Positions 28,750-43,239 of a DNA stretch of 64,000 nt are shown here, piece after piece. A model generated the notes under the pieces. That model was not told the origin of the DNA. It ran no database searches and was given only the letters and a program-made list of their open reading frames with translations. The stretch spans positions 79,900,033 to 79,964,032 of the forward strand of contig OX597830.1 in the NCBI GenBank assembly GCA_951406725.2, in the 5' to 3' direction. The stretch is from Octopus vulgaris (taxonomy: Eukaryota). Position 1 is the first letter of the stretch. Each line of letters opens with the position of its first letter. A program made the position numbers and the translations under genes.

Positions 28750-29204
28750 CAGTCAAAAGCTCTGTATACCGGAAGCCAGCAAGTGTGTGGGGTCATCAGG
28801 AGAGAATGCACGCCGTTTCGGGGCCTACTTCTCGACGTAATCAATGCGCCCCCCCCCACCTCACTGATATGAAGCCCCAATTGCTAGATCAGCTGGTTAT
28901 CAAATTAAGCTCAATATCCTTTTAGCCATCGCTCATCGTCTATTTTTAACCAAATCCAATGGCTAGTCTTCTCCACTGTAGATTGGATATCGGTCATGGT
29001 GGTATTGAGTTTACGATGGGTTAGGCCTAGCGATAACAACAGTCGTCTCACACTGTGTCCAACGAACCCTCTACATCCAACTTCGATTGGAAAATGTTCC
29101 GCTTTCCAGCCTGCGTCTTCACATTCCTCGAGGAGGTTTACATAACAGTTAAATTTTCGAGCCCGTGCGGCGTCCATATTATCTTCATGAGGAACCGTTA
29201 ACAT
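28750..29204 (-). mobile_element. Hero-clade-like non-LTR 3' end (RLE C-terminus + 3' UTR)
   Basis: LTVPHE..RK..Y..L..C..GW...FPIEVGCRGF...SHWIWLK. Confidence 0.8.
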
Positions 29205-29209
29205 TAAAT

Positions 29210-29605
29210 TCTCCAGCTACAAAGATGAGATCAATATCATTCGTCTTTGAGGTAGCATGCAGAAGAATATCATAAAAGAGATAATTCTGTTCATTTGGTA
29301 GGCCCGCTTGTGGGGATAGGCGGAGATAATTGTAGCTATACCATCCTGCAAGACTAGTCTGAGTTTAAGTATTCTCTCGTACACCCTCGCTACATCTACG
29401 GCCTTATCCACCTATGTTTCTGCATGAAGTATGCCTACATCCCTTATTCAGTCACTATTACCTTTCCAGAAGAGTTTATACCTATGTTCTTTGCCTGTGA
29501 GGACTGGCTGAATCTCCTCTCTATCTTAACTCTTGTACGCAACATACATCAACACGTCTCTGTTCAAGCACCTCTGCAATCTCGCTAGACCGGCTTTTCA
29601 ATGTG
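29210..29605 (-). mobile_element. RTE-type AP endonuclease fragment, cut by the duplication junction
   Basis: LKSRSSEIAEVLEQRRVDVCCVQE..ERILKLRLVL..TIISAYP. Confidence 0.8.
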
Positions 29606-29607
29606 TC

Positions 29608-29777
29608 TCAACTCACAAAATGTAGGATAAGACTCCTAGAGGACAATGTCGTCGTTAACATTGACGGAGAGCTATAAACAAATATATTTGTATGTACATT
29701 TGTGCACGTATGTGTATGTTTTCATATCTATCTATCTATCTATATATCTATCTATATATCTATCTGTCTATATATAC

Positions 29778-29863
<86 letters not shown>

Positions 29864-31491
29864 GTGCATATATGTATACAAAAGCCCATTTTACCGAATT
29901 TACTCATTTAGTATGGGCTACGTCACACTTCAATGCGTTTCGTGTACTTTATTTGTCGAATTTATGTTGCAATATTATGTTGACTGATTGTTATTGAGAA
30001 GATATTCTGTTTGAGTTTATAAATGTGAGAATGTGTTGCGTCTCTCACATGTAATCTAGAAAGACTGCTTCAAATGTTGGCAGTGGAATCTGTTTTATCA
30101 TATTTAATGACTTTGTTGTTTATCGTCAAGCTGTAACTGATCGCTCTGATCCCTTATCAAAGGTTTTTTAAATCGCGATCATTCCCCATTTAAGAAACAC
30201 ACAAAACCGTTAGATTCACTTCAACATTTATATTTAATTTGTCAAAATATTTTCGTCGCTTTAGCAACGAAGCTTTGTCAGTGAACAGGTCGCGGTCTCA
30301 AAGCGATGAAAATATTTTGACAAATTAAATTTAAATGTTGAAGTGAATCTAACGGTTTTGTGTGTTTCGTAAATGGCTTATAAACAACTTCCACGCTGCA
30401 ATTGTTTTCGTTCCAGCACACGATCTCAGATCAAGTCGTTCGCTATGCAAGTACATCTCCGTAATCATTCCCCATATTTTTGCAGAAATAAAGTAACTCC
30501 TACTTGCTGGTGTTTTAATCAAAGAATTCCATTTAAAAATCTATAACTAATTGTTTTTCTGGGTAGTTTTTGATAGTCTATTCCGATATTAATTGCAAAA
30601 GACTGATTAAGAAACCACGGAAATATAGTTTTATTAATTTGCTAACCCAACCCCAACAATGTCTTTACTTTTGAAGTTTTTTCGAAATTCCTTTTATATA
30701 TTTTCGTTTCAATGTTTAAAACAGGACAGTATGATACATACGTTCTTTATTAAAATTTGAAAATAATTTACAAATGGAAAAGCGATATATTCAGAAAAAT
30801 TTCGAGGATTCACGGTTTATGATACAAATTATTGTGTGTGTGTGTGTGTGTGTGTGTTTCGATGTTGTGAATTGTGACAAGAACCAATTTATTCGCATAT
30901 TACATTTAAAATACTTGAATTATCTATTTAACAGTATTCCAAAATCGGTGCCAAACACGAGGGCATTGTACAGATGCGCCAACCACACACACAAACACAC
31001 ACGCCAGGTGGCAGTATTACAAATATTGAGAAGCATTGCCATGCCATTTTAGAGGGCTGCTTTCAGCACGCAGAAGGCACAGAGAAGTTGGGCTTTCATG
31101 ATACTTCATGCTACTTTATCAGTCCCAACATACTGAAATATTTCACTAATGAATATATGGGTAACATGAAGCTCAAATATATTTTTTGGGAGCTACATCA
31201 ACAATTGGCAAACCCTTCATCATGTACAAAAAATTGTGTGTAAAAAAAATGTAGTATGTGGAGTCTTATTTGTAGAAAATAGAAATAAACAGTCTTTGAC
31301 TTCTATTTCTAATTTTTTCGGTATGTGGCTGAGCAACATGTTGCCTGCCTTTTTTCATTTATATACAAAATATATATTGAACTTTTATAGAAGTTTCCAC
31401 CGTTAATGGTTATATTTACATGCCGAAATCTTCCGGTAAATAATTGTTGTTTTTTTTTAAAAACCATTAAAGCTATTGTTTACTCTTATTA

Positions 31492-31570
<79 letters not shown>

Positions 31571-34500
31571 GGAGGAGTGCAATGAATTGCAAAATTTTGC
31601 TTTTATCTATCCTTTTGCTTAAATTAATATTCCTGGAGAAGTTTAAATTACAATGTGTTCTTTGGTTACATCGCAATTACTCAAGACTAGCATAATTCAA
31701 ATTAGGGTAGAAAAAGTATCAATTAAAAAGTACAGCAAGCATAATTTGCAGAATAAAACTGCTAGAGACGCAATGCACAAATACAGTTTTCCGGAAACTT
31801 GACTCTCCAGTGACATTTCTGTTAATTAACAAACGCTTGAACAATAATGCAGCAAGTACAGCTACAATATAATCATCAGTAGTTCATTGGTTTGCAATCA
31901 CTCCTTGATTTTGAAGGAGCATTAAACTCGTAGCAATATCCTTATCAGGGATGGAAGTCAGGTCGAGGACGGAGGATAGCATAAAACACTTGAAGGAGGA
32001 ATAAGTCGATTAAATAAGTACCAGTTACGCACTGGGGTTGATGTAATCAACTCTATCCCTTTGCCAGTCCTTGTTTAGCCACAAGGGCAATAAAGAAAAA
32101 AATGTAGTTGCTCAGGCCTAAATTACTCTAATTTAAAAAGAGAAAAAGAAATACGTACATGCATACAGACACATATTTACATCCATACATAAATATATGC
32201 ACTCATAACCACATACATGCATACAAGCATACACACACACACACACTCATAAGCACATTATTAAGATGTGGTCCAAAAGCACATTTTATCGCTGTCGATC
32301 TTGTCGAGGATGACTGAGATGAGCAGCAGAGAGAAAGATAATTAACGGTATTTTAATTATAGGGATTTGTAGTGAGAGTGTTCGTATTGTCTGGATTGGG
32401 AGGTATCTCTACTAAAAACAACGAAAAAACCCCAGCTAGACTTAATAAAAAAACATTATAAACTGGTATTTATTTTATGAAGCCATGAAAGGTAAAGTCG
32501 ACATCAGAGGATTTTCTACTCAGAGCGTAGACACGGACGAAATACCGTTAAGTATTTTGCTCGAAGTGCTAACGATTCTGCCAGCTCGCCGTCTGAAGGA
32601 AGATAATCCTATGGACATGAAACATCTGTTGCAATCTTGACCACTACAACACATCACAATACAACGACAATGCGTTTGCAATCCAAGAAAATGAAGTTGC
32701 GATAAAATACCTAACAAACAAAAGAGATAGTGATCTCTTGAAGCTGCAAGAAATTGTTTATTATGCCGTGTTTCTGCGCAACATTTCGTTCGTAAGATTA
32801 GCAGCTGCTCAAAAATATCACCAAAATACTCCTTTGATGACTCAGAGGATGCACGTCGATACTTGGCACTTAAATAATGTTGCCGAAGGGATACGACATT
32901 GAAAGGCAGTCTGGATTGATATTAAACCTCTGCTGCCTTGTTTTCGTTTTAGGTATTGGCGTTGTACGTCACTGTTGGTGTGGAACTTGTGTCTGCTGGT
33001 TAGCATGTTTGGGGTTTTCACATCAATAGTTCGGATCTCATCGAGCGTCCAACCAGCCTAAATGTTGGTATGAGTATTGGCACAGCAAATACATTTTGAG
33101 TCACTGTTTTTTTTTTCTGAATGCAGAGTTCTGGGTCCAAATGTTTTTTATTCGACTATAACATTCTTTAATGACACATGATTTGTTGTTACATGTGTCA
33201 TTGTATGATATGTTCTCTTCCACCCCTTGGTGCCTGTAACATCCCTCATCAGATATAGAGGAAACAGTTAAGTCAGTGTTGGAAATTTTGCTAGTCTTGC
33301 TTACAGCATCCCTCATTTCACAATCATGTAGCAACATTTATTCTGGCCAAACTGCAGCTCTGTAGCCTTTGAGAATGTACGTATGTTTTTATTCAGTTTT
33401 ATTTCAAGATTTCTTGCCAAAAGAGAAAGGGCCGGTTTCCTAACAAAAATCCAAGGCTCTTTCATTGTAATTTTAGCATCAACAACAGGATATTTTTGTG
33501 TGTATGTATATATGTATACGTACAGATTTGTGTCTTTTGTGTATGTATGTATGTATGTATGTATGTATGTATGTATGTATGTATGTATGTATGTATGTAT
33601 GTATGTATGTATGTATCTATGCATGTGTGTATGCATATATATCTATTTATGTATGTATGTAAGCATTTATGTATGTTCGCCAGTATTCAGTTTTATTCAG
33701 TTTTATTTCAAGCTTTCGTGACAATAGAGGAGCCGGATTCTAACCCAGAACCAATTCTTCTTCATTTGAATTTCAAAAATATAAATCAAATATTTGTGTA
33801 TGTGCAAATTTTTATGTTTTGTTTTATGTATGTATTCCAATGCTTATACTTGCATATCTAGACATACTCATATATACTTAAATGATAAGCCTCTGGAAAA
33901 TTTTATAAGATATTTTTTGTTTTAGGTATGTATTCCAATGCATATACTTGCATATCTAGACATACTCATATATACTTAAACTATAAGCCTCTGGAAAATT
34001 TTATAAGATATTTAGAGTTCCATTGATTGCTTGGATATGTAGTCTTCGAATTAGCTTTCTTCTTTCTGAGTTTGAGAAGTCCAATTACTCAAGACTGGTA
34101 TTTACGCATTGTGTTACATATACTAGTGCCCTAATAATTACAGGTATAAACACGAACTTGTAATCTGATTAGAGTAACTGCAGATTTTGCGTAGGTATTT
34201 TATTTTTCAGCGTATTTTCTCTTTCGCTTCTCTTCGGCTTTATGTTAACATCTGCAGGGGAGTTGATTTCCACAACTATACACAGTCTCTCTTCTCTATC
34301 CCAAATGATTATACCACGTATAATATGTTTATAATTTATTGAGGTTTCCAGAGGAGCATTTCACCAGTACTCCTTTTTATTATAAATGGATATGGAGTCT
34401 ACCATACCGTGGGTTCTTCTTTGTTCTCGGGTTTATGCTTCCGACGGAACTCGTTATATACAATGTCCTAGCTACTACATCATATCTCATCGGTAGCTAA

Positions 34501-35854
34501 TACTGTGATGACATTTTCGAACAACTGCATAGGTTTTCATATATTACTGCTTTTCATGTATCTCTCTTCTTTTGTGCATCGTATATTTGTTTGATATTTC
34601 ATATCCCTGGATTGCAACCGCATACCCTTCAAGTGAAGGTGGGAAGTAGGAATCTGGTTGCTGGTCTATAATAGACTGCTTTAGTGACAAATGTTACTAT
34701 TATCTCGGTGCTTCCTACTCACATATACATGCATGGGCTTCTGCTGATATGCGCTCATCTTTTCATCTGATGACATACCGTGGTAGAGTCGTGCGGCTTT
34801 TTTGATATGTATTTAAGCTTATCAGACAAGAAATGCTGCTCAAGGAGCCGCTTTCCAAGTCTTATGATCTTAGCCTCATATATGCAAACCTGGTCAAGAG
34901 ATGCACTTAGACATTTGGTGGTTAAAAGATTATGCATGTATGTCTGTATGTATGCATGTATGTATGTATATAAGCATGTACGTATATATATATATACGTA
35001 TGCATTCATGTATTTATATATGCATATGTATCCATAAATTTATGTATCTATGTATATAAGCATGTGTTTATGTATGTGTGTATGCATGTATATATGTATG
35101 TATGTGTGTATGTATGTATATATGTATGTATGTATATATGAACGGATGAATGGATGGATGTACGGATGGATGTCTACATGAATGTATATTGGATTACGTA
35201 AGTATACAAATTTTGTCATTTGACCTGTCATGTTAGTGTATTCTTAAGTTTTGTCACGATTAGAATGCATTGTATGATCTTATATAGGAGTGGCAAATTG
35301 CAGCTGTCACGGCCTCCTGATAAATAGATTTGACTTTCGGTTTAAGGTTACCGTTTTTCTTTATAATCAGTATGACCTCTGTTATACTTCAATGCGCTTC
35401 ACTATTGAATGTGTGGGTGTGAGGTTAAGACCGCATCATTCTACTTAAAGAAACTGAATTGAACAGTTTGGCTTTGATGAAGTGACTTGAAATTTGGCAA
35501 TCGTATGTATCTGTTTTATGATTATTTTGTTTATCCTCAAACCTTTGGCTAATTTTCTGATCCCTGATCAAATGCTTTCGAACTTTTGCAGAAATGATGT
35601 AACACATGCTTCGTTATCTGTGAACTCTTAGGAATGTTAATCAATTCCTTTTAAAAATCTATAATTTATAGTTTCTCCCTGTAGTTTCGACACTATTCCG
35701 ATATTTTAAAAACAATATTGTTTTTATTAACTTTTCATCCAACTACACCACAAAATCTTCACTTTTGAACATTTTCGAAATTCATTTTATATGTTTGTAT
35801 TCCTACATTTAAACAAAATATGATTCAGACGTTCTTTTTCAAAATGTCAAAATA

Positions 35855-35887
<33 letters not shown>

Positions 35888-36910
35888 CATACATACATAC
35901 ATACATACATACATACATACATACATACATACATACATACATACATGCTTGCATGAAAACATACATACATACATACATACATACATACACATATGCAAAC
36001 AGTGATAATCACCCACACATGTCTTGCAAACAACTTGCACATGCAAGTGCTACCAGTCAAAAGCTCTGTATACCGGAAGCCAGCAAGTGTGTGGGGTCAT
36101 CAGGAGAGAATGCACGCCGTTTCGGGGCCTACTTCTCGACGTAATCAATGCGCACCCCCCCCACCTCACTGATATGAAGCCCCAATTGCTAGATCAGCTG
36201 GTTATCAAATTAAGCTCAATATCCTTTTAGCCATCGCTCATCGTCTATTTTTAACCAAATCCAATGGCTAGTCTTCTCCACTGTAGATTGGATATCGGTC
36301 ATGGTGGTATTGAGTTTACGATGGGTTAGGCCTAGCGATAACAACAGTCGTCTCACACTGTGTCCAACGAACCCTCTACATCCAACTTCGATTGGAAAAT
36401 GTTCCGCTTTCCAGCCTGCGTCTTCACATTCCTCGAGGAGGTTTACATAACAGTTAAATTTTCGAGCCCGTGCGGCGTCCATATTATCTTCATGAGGAAC
36501 CGTTAACATTAAATTCTCCAGCTACAAAGATGAGATCAATATCATTCGTCTTTGAGGTAGCATGCAGAAGAATATCATAAAAGAGATAATTCTGTTCATT
36601 TGGTAGGCCCGCTTGTGGGGATAGGCGGAGATAATTGTAGCTATACCATCCTGCAAGACTAGTCTGAGTTTAAGTATTCTCTCGTACACCCTCGCTACAT
36701 CTACGGCCTTATCCACCTATGTTTCTGCAAGAAGTATGCCTACATCCCTTATTCAGTCACTATTACCTTTCCAGAAGAGTTTATACCTATGTTCTTTGCC
36801 TGTGAGGACTGGCTGAATCTCCTCTCTATCTTAACTCTTGTACGCAACATACATCAACACGTCTCTGTTCAAGCACCTCTGCAATCTCGCTAGACCGGCT
36901 TTTCAATGTG
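29608..36910. repeat. Tandem duplication B, copy 2 (~7.3 kb)
   Basis: Colinear with copy 1; differences are scattered SNPs and microsatellite lengths. Confidence 0.95.
36055..36509 (-). mobile_element. Hero-clade-like 3' end, duplicate copy
   Basis: 97-aa ORF identical to 28911-29204. Confidence 0.8.
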
Positions 36911-36960
36911 CCTACATTTATAGTGCCAACTCTGAAAACTGGGAAAGTGATGTGGGAGAT
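36515..36960 (-). mobile_element. RTE-type AP endonuclease fragment retaining its N-terminus
   Basis: Extends past the duplication boundary to FRVGTINVGTL. Confidence 0.8.
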
Positions 36961-37225
36961 AACGCAAGAAGGAGAGATGTTATTAATATGATTAATTCAC
37001 TTGTACATATATAAAATATAACTGCTTGAAATGATTAATACATAGAAATGTGCATTATCTATTGTTGAGTCATTATACCTGAGAATGTAAACTTTCTACT
37101 TCTTATGTTCTGTCTAATTACCATAACCAACTCATGCCAGCATGGAACATGGATGTTAAATGATGATGATGATGAACCCAAAACTACTTTACTCAGATCC
37201 TTCTGAATTGTTTTGTATACATCTG

Positions 37226-37275
<50 letters not shown>

Positions 37276-37722
37276 ATATAATGAACTTAACTACATATAA
37301 TTTGGTAGAAAACTGAATTAGGTAGAGTTCATAGAAGTAATTGTGAAAAAGTATATTAACCTTAAAAGTATCATTCACAGTCTGCTTGTCTATAAATAGA
37401 TAGAAAAAGGCATAGCTATAGTTCACCCTCAAGTCTGAGCACTTTTTACTTCTTTACTTTTTTCTTAATGACTGTACCAATTTGAAACGATATTCTGTAT
37501 TAGATTCCTCTTCATTAAAATTAAATCATACTAATTGCTTTTTCGGAAATAAATGAGATATGCTTAAATACGAATTTCACCCTTATTCTCTCTCCAAGTC
37601 ATCAATATATTTACCTCAAAAGATTTTTTTCCATGCAAAATGTTTAAAGATTGTTTTTTAGTATTAGACTCGCTTCATTTGGAACTTTTAGGGAAGTTTA
37701 ATTATACTAAATTGTCTTTCAG

Positions 37723-37911
37723 CCCTTTGGCATTCAAATTATTTTATTAACTGTTATGCTTATTTATTAATATTGTTTTGGAGATTTTGATGCAATTGTA
37801 TATTTTTATATTGACATTGTAGAGCAGGTGTGAGAGGCCGTACCTTGCCAGTTTTAACATGAAGCAGGTAGAATATTTCAACCAGATACAGCCAGTTTAA
37901 ATGCTAAATGG
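37723..37911. mobile_element. piggyBac-type MITE
   Basis: ccctttggcatt ... aatgctaaatgg|TTAA imperfect terminal inverted repeats (TIRs). Confidence 0.6.
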
Positions 37912-37947
37912 TTAAGAATATCATTCACTCATTGCTGTGGGTGAATA

Positions 37948-38015
<68 letters not shown>

Positions 38016-39063
38016 ATCACTGCTTGACAATGAGTATTGGATTGTCTTTGTCGCCATGAAATAGCACTTTGGCAAAAGAAACCAACAGGAAAAGAATCTG
38101 ACTTTAAAATAATCACTGAAGTCAATTCAAATACCTAAACTCTTTGAGGCAGAGACCCCAGCAAGATCACAGATCTATGACTGATGAAAGTAAAAGAATA
38201 TTCCTATTTCTATAAAGAATGGGCTGGTCATGGCTGAACTGCCTCTGCTCACGGCTCTATTCAAATAGGTTTGATATGAGCTAACAACAATGATAACTAC
38301 AGTGACAACTCATGCTAAAAGAGAGACTCTAGAAATAGCAGCTAAATTACTCCCAAATCATACCCAATCTATAACAAAAAAGAAGTACATATTACAGGCA
38401 GATAATATAGTGTTAGATATGACCCTAAAAAGGGGAAAGATGATTATAGCTGGAATGCTTTTGATCATAGATCTACTTGATTTAAGTTTAACCTGGAGCT
38501 AAACAACAAGGAGTATCGCCGCCACCACCACAACTACTGCTATTGCTAACACCTCTTATATTACTTCAACCGCTACCACTAACATGTATTATGAATAGCA
38601 TTTGAGAATGGACTTACTGCCACATCAAGTACATGCAATAACAATTGTAACAGAGGAAACATAAAGCCGGATATATCTCAATATGTTAGTGTGATGCGTT
38701 AGTGTATATAAGCTAACAGGCATATTTACGTGTTTCAGGTGTTTTTAAAGCTTTCTATTTAATCCTTTTATTTCAACGTTTTATTGAGTGTAGAAGATAT
38801 ATATATACATATGTATGTGTATTTGTGTGTGTGCACGTGTATATATATATATTTATATACATCCATGTCCCCAGGTGTGAATCTTGGCTGGTGGGGGTGC
38901 TTGCCTCCCCTTCACAAATATAAGGACACAGGAAATGTGTCAAAGCCGACAGGAAGCGTTCGATGCTTCCTAGGGCTAAACAGCGGTGCTGTAATTCCCA
39001 TCCGGGACTGTCACATTATGTTGACAGTATACAACCACACACACTCTCTCTCTCTCTCTCTCG

Positions 39064-39115
<52 letters not shown>

Positions 39116-39703
39116 GGAGAGGATAATTTAGATATGGCTGCTATATGGGGTTACTCTGGGTTTCATGTCCATGAAGTGCTTAGTTTTATAGCGCTTCTTC
39201 AGACCCTAGATAGAGATATACACATATACACATTCATATTTATTCTAGAAATATACGATTTGGTATGTGATGTAGAATATGAAATATATGAGTTTTCTAC
39301 AATACATATGAAATATAAATGGTAATAGGGTTATAAATTATAAAAAGTTACAGAAATATAACAAATATATAAGGTATCTATCGAAATGTGCGTGCGTCTT
39401 CGTTCTTCTCTCAACTCTACTAAAACTAAGATAATTTTATTTATAAGCTTCAAAGGATAGAAGGATAATGCATTATCTTCTTTTTCTCCCTCGCATTAGT
39501 CTTTCTCTCATCCTTCCATCCTTTATTCTCCTGTATTCCTCTTTTCTTCTTCTTTCTTTCTCTTTCCAGTCACGAAACGATCTCCTAACCATAAGCTTAA
39601 TACTATCTCAGTCCTTTCCCACTATGATCGACATTGGAATCGTCGAGTCACATGCCTGTATGTTAATTTTCATGAGAAACTGTAATTGTTAATTTTGACC
39701 CAT

Positions 39704-39789
39704 TTCACCTGATGAAAACGGGTTTTTCTTTTGCATGATGTTACAGTTCTGTTCCTCAATAAAAACACATTACAAACAGCTGTAGTGAA
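39704..39789 (+). ncRNA. Degenerate hammerhead-like motif with a long stem II region
   Basis: ttcac-CTGATGA-[57 nt]-CAAAC-agct-GTA-gtgaa. Perfect stem I and palindromic acagctgt; G12 is mutated. Confidence 0.55.
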
Positions 39790-39825
39790 CCTTTATCCAT
39801 CAGTTGTTATTATATATAAATATAA

Positions 39826-40025
<200 letters not shown>

Positions 40026-40074
40026 GAAGAGGAGGCGGCGGCGGAGGAGGTGGTGGAAGGGGAGGAGGAGTAGG

Positions 40075-40452
40075 CATCCGTCGAGTGCGTTTTTCTTTGG
40101 TTGCGAGTTTCTGTTACACTTCCCCTCGCCTATATGACTACTGGACCCAGGCTGTGGTGCCCTGGGACACCTGCCGAGCCATACCACAGAACAAAATCTT
40201 CCAGAGGCCTTTTCGACATTTACTTCAGTATGGACGATCATTTGCAACCTCCTCTCATCTCAGGACATCCAGATCAAGCGACTTCATAACGTCCTTGAAG
40301 ACGTCCTTGAACCGAAGATGAAGTCATTCTCGTGCTCTTGTGTCGGTGGCCAATTCCTGGTACCGAAGGTTTTCGAATCCTTCCGTCCGGTATTCGATGC
40401 ACGTAACCGAGCCAACGCAGACGACGCTGCTGGAGTAGGATGAGATACTCAG
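40075..40452 (-). mobile_element. RTE LINE C-terminal fragment
   Basis: LLQQRRLRWLGYVHRIPDGR motif. Confidence 0.8.
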
Positions 40453-40453
40453 G

Positions 40454-40539
<86 letters not shown>

Positions 40540-40579
40540 TCTGTCAGTTTATCTGTCTGTCTGTCTATCTATCTGTTCT

Positions 40580-40805
40580 TTTACTTTCTATTTTTTTATT
40601 TGCTTCAGTCAATAGACTGAGGCCATGCTGGGGCACTGCCTTGAAGAACTTTTAGTCAAATATAGCGGCACTAGCACTTATTGTTTAAAGCCTGATACTT
40701 ACTCTATCGTCCTCTTCAGCCGAACCGCTAACTTACGGGGACATAAACATATCAGCACCGGTTGTCAAGCGGTGGTGGTGGGGGACAAACATAGACACAA
40801 AGACG
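40580..40805 (-). mobile_element. SINE 3' half (same family as 10455)
   Basis: Reverse complement of cgcttgacaaccg..aaggcagtgccccagcatggcc. Confidence 0.75.
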
Positions 40806-41192
40806 TGTGTGTGTGTGTATGAGTGTGTGTAACAGGTTATGATACTGTTAGAGTGTTCAAACTCCGTGAGACAGTGTAATATAAACCATAAGAATCAACA
40901 TGGTGATGAAAGTTCTTGCGTGCCAGATTTATTTTCTTTGAATTCCGCGTTAGATTAGGTATACAAAGGTTGTCTGTAGTAGTCGGTTGTTAAATGGTGG
41001 TAAAGGGAGAATGACAATGATGAAGCTCTCGCCACTTTGGTGACATGTATGCCTGTTAGGAAGAGGTGCTTGCTAGAAAGCGATAGGCATAGAACTTATG
41101 GAAGCGAAAACGACCAACCCCCGCCAATGCTTTGTATTTATACTTGTTGGAGAACAATGGAAAGCAGATTTCTGGATAAAAAACCAAAAAAC

Positions 41193-41418
41193 AATAATAA
41201 ATCTCTGAATGAGATGTAAACAGTAACTGCTCGACATCGTAAAGTATACTAGTCATCTTAATATGGCTAACCACTAAGGGTGGGTGTTACTGTAGCACAG
41301 AAAGGGCACAGAAAGTCTGCCTAAAGCCAGTTGGAGACGATGATCTCCTGGGGCTAAAAGCTACAGTAACACCCACCCTTAGTGGTTAGCAATATTGAGA
41401 TGGCTAGTATACTTTACG
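41193..41418. mobile_element. Fold-back insertion with 59-bp inverted arms and 12-bp TSD (PLE-like architecture)
   Basis: Arms at 41238-41296 and 41360-41418; TSD aaaccaaaaaac at 41181-41192 and 41419-41430. Confidence 0.75.
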
Positions 41419-41584
41419 AAACCAAAAAACGATTTCTTTCAAATATTTTTTAATTATAGTCACGATTTCGAGAATGACGGTTCTGTATTTCCTTTCTGAA
41501 CAACCTACAAATGATTTTTTAAAATTATGATCACGTGTTCGTGCTGCGCATTAGCTCACTTTCTCCATCAAATCGACATCACCT

Positions 41585-41740
41585 GTACAGGTGCTTAGTG
41601 TGCCACAAATGAGATGTCTAAGTGGTTGCAGAACAACGTGAAATGAAGCGTTTAGCTCAAAAACCCAGCACACCACCCGGCCTGGAAATCGAACAGACGA
41701 TTACGGGAGCAGCACCCTAACCGTTTGGCCATGTGCCATC
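41585..41740 (-). mobile_element. Diverged tRNA-derived SINE head
   Basis: Minus strand ggcacatggccaaacggttagggtgc..gttcgatttccagg, A/B-box-like. Confidence 0.6.
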
Positions 41741-41978
41741 ACACAGACTCACCCACGCTAATTTTTGTTTTTTGGTTCAATAACTTCATATCAATCCCAT
41801 TAATCCAGGGGTCACGACTAATAATAAATGCTTGATTTTCTAACATAATACCTTTCCTAATCTTGTAAGTTAATAGACACAAGTAAGTGCTTAAAATACC
41901 TCACGCCCTTTATACAGGCATCCTTTGTTTAGCGGAACCTCAGGTTACTGAATTTCATACATATAGAAATAGAGAAAT

Positions 41979-42035
41979 ATGATCACTAATTTCGGAATAC
42001 TGCCTTTATTTCGCTCCACCCTCATTATAATGCAG
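41979..42035 (+). CDS. Weak candidate upstream exon (MITNFGILPLFRSTLIIMQ)
   Basis: ATG to CAG|GTAAAT, phase 0, compatible with the exon at 48476. Could be chance. Confidence 0.2.
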
Positions 42036-43239
42036 GTAAATGTTAAATCATAGTATCAATGATTTTTTTTTGACCTTGAACAACATCTGCCTCTCACTAC
42101 TTCCGTCTTCATGTTGTTGTCTTATGCACTTATTGTTTTCATACTTTCTCTCACCTACCCGCTCCCTTCTTGGCATCCCTCACATTGTTTGAGCATGTGC
42201 CCATTTTTACATAAGTTTGGTGAAGGATAATACATCGGCAATATTGTAAAAAACATTGTGTGTGTGTGTGTATCACAATACTCTCATAAGAATGTGGCAG
42301 CATATGTAGCCATATCATTCAGAGGTTTTAGATTTTGCAAAAGGTCTACTTTCAGGATATTTCATGCGGACAGACTTCTACCAATTGTTCAGTTTTAATT
42401 ATATCTGACCCATTCTTTGCTTTCCTTTTTTCTCTCTCTCTCCCTCTCTCCCCTTTTATGTATTAATTTATTTCATCTACGAAATTAGCCCCTTAAATAA
42501 CTTCATTTTACATACAGAAAGATCTCAACTTAATAATTCGAATGATTATATCGTCAGTGATGAGATTTGAAGCAAGCAGTTTTTGGAAGGTTTTGATAAA
42601 AAGCAAGCAGTTTCCGAATAAACGATCATTTGGTTAAATACATCATTTAAAATGATAAATAAGAAAATGTCTCTAGTTTTTTCTATTTTATCCCTCAATT
42701 TTCATTTGCTGTTCATTTGGATTCATCACTTGATGTGGCTTTGCAACTTGTACTTAGTTCACATGAGTAGAAGGTGTATCTCATTACTTTCAAAATGCAT
42801 CAAGCATTCCTAGGTTTCGCAACCAGTCTTCTTATTTTCTTTATAAATTTCATAAATCAGATGCAGTATATATTTAAATCACCATCAACTTTCCTATGTT
42901 GCTCAAACTTTGTATCTTGGAACTAGAAATTCTCTTGCTTTTTAAATATGTGAAAAGGTTTTATGAATTCATTCAAGAGAGAAGCAATAATGAGTTTCCA
43001 CTATTTGGTCTTTTTTCTTCAGTTTATTTAGAGTGTTTTTATTAATTTAGAATGAATTTAGAGTATATTTATTAATTTAGAATGAATTATTGTAAAGGGA
43101 AAACATGCACACAATGTTAACCTGCAAACAAAATGAATGGCTGACCGAATGAAAAACATTCACAAACACATTATTGACGTCCAGTGTTGTAATTAAATTT
43201 TTGTAGCAATCTTTATGAATGCTTCATATTATTTTACGG

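Noticed and set aside
28785-28830. GAAAC..CTGATGA on the minus strand as a permuted hammerhead
   Set aside because: Stem II cannot form (cccc against cccc); it lies in the Hero-like 3' UTR.
41335-41395. SECIS-like ATGA-N12-AAAA in the fold-back element
   Set aside because: The required 3' GA of the non-Watson-Crick quartet is missing and helix pairing is poor.
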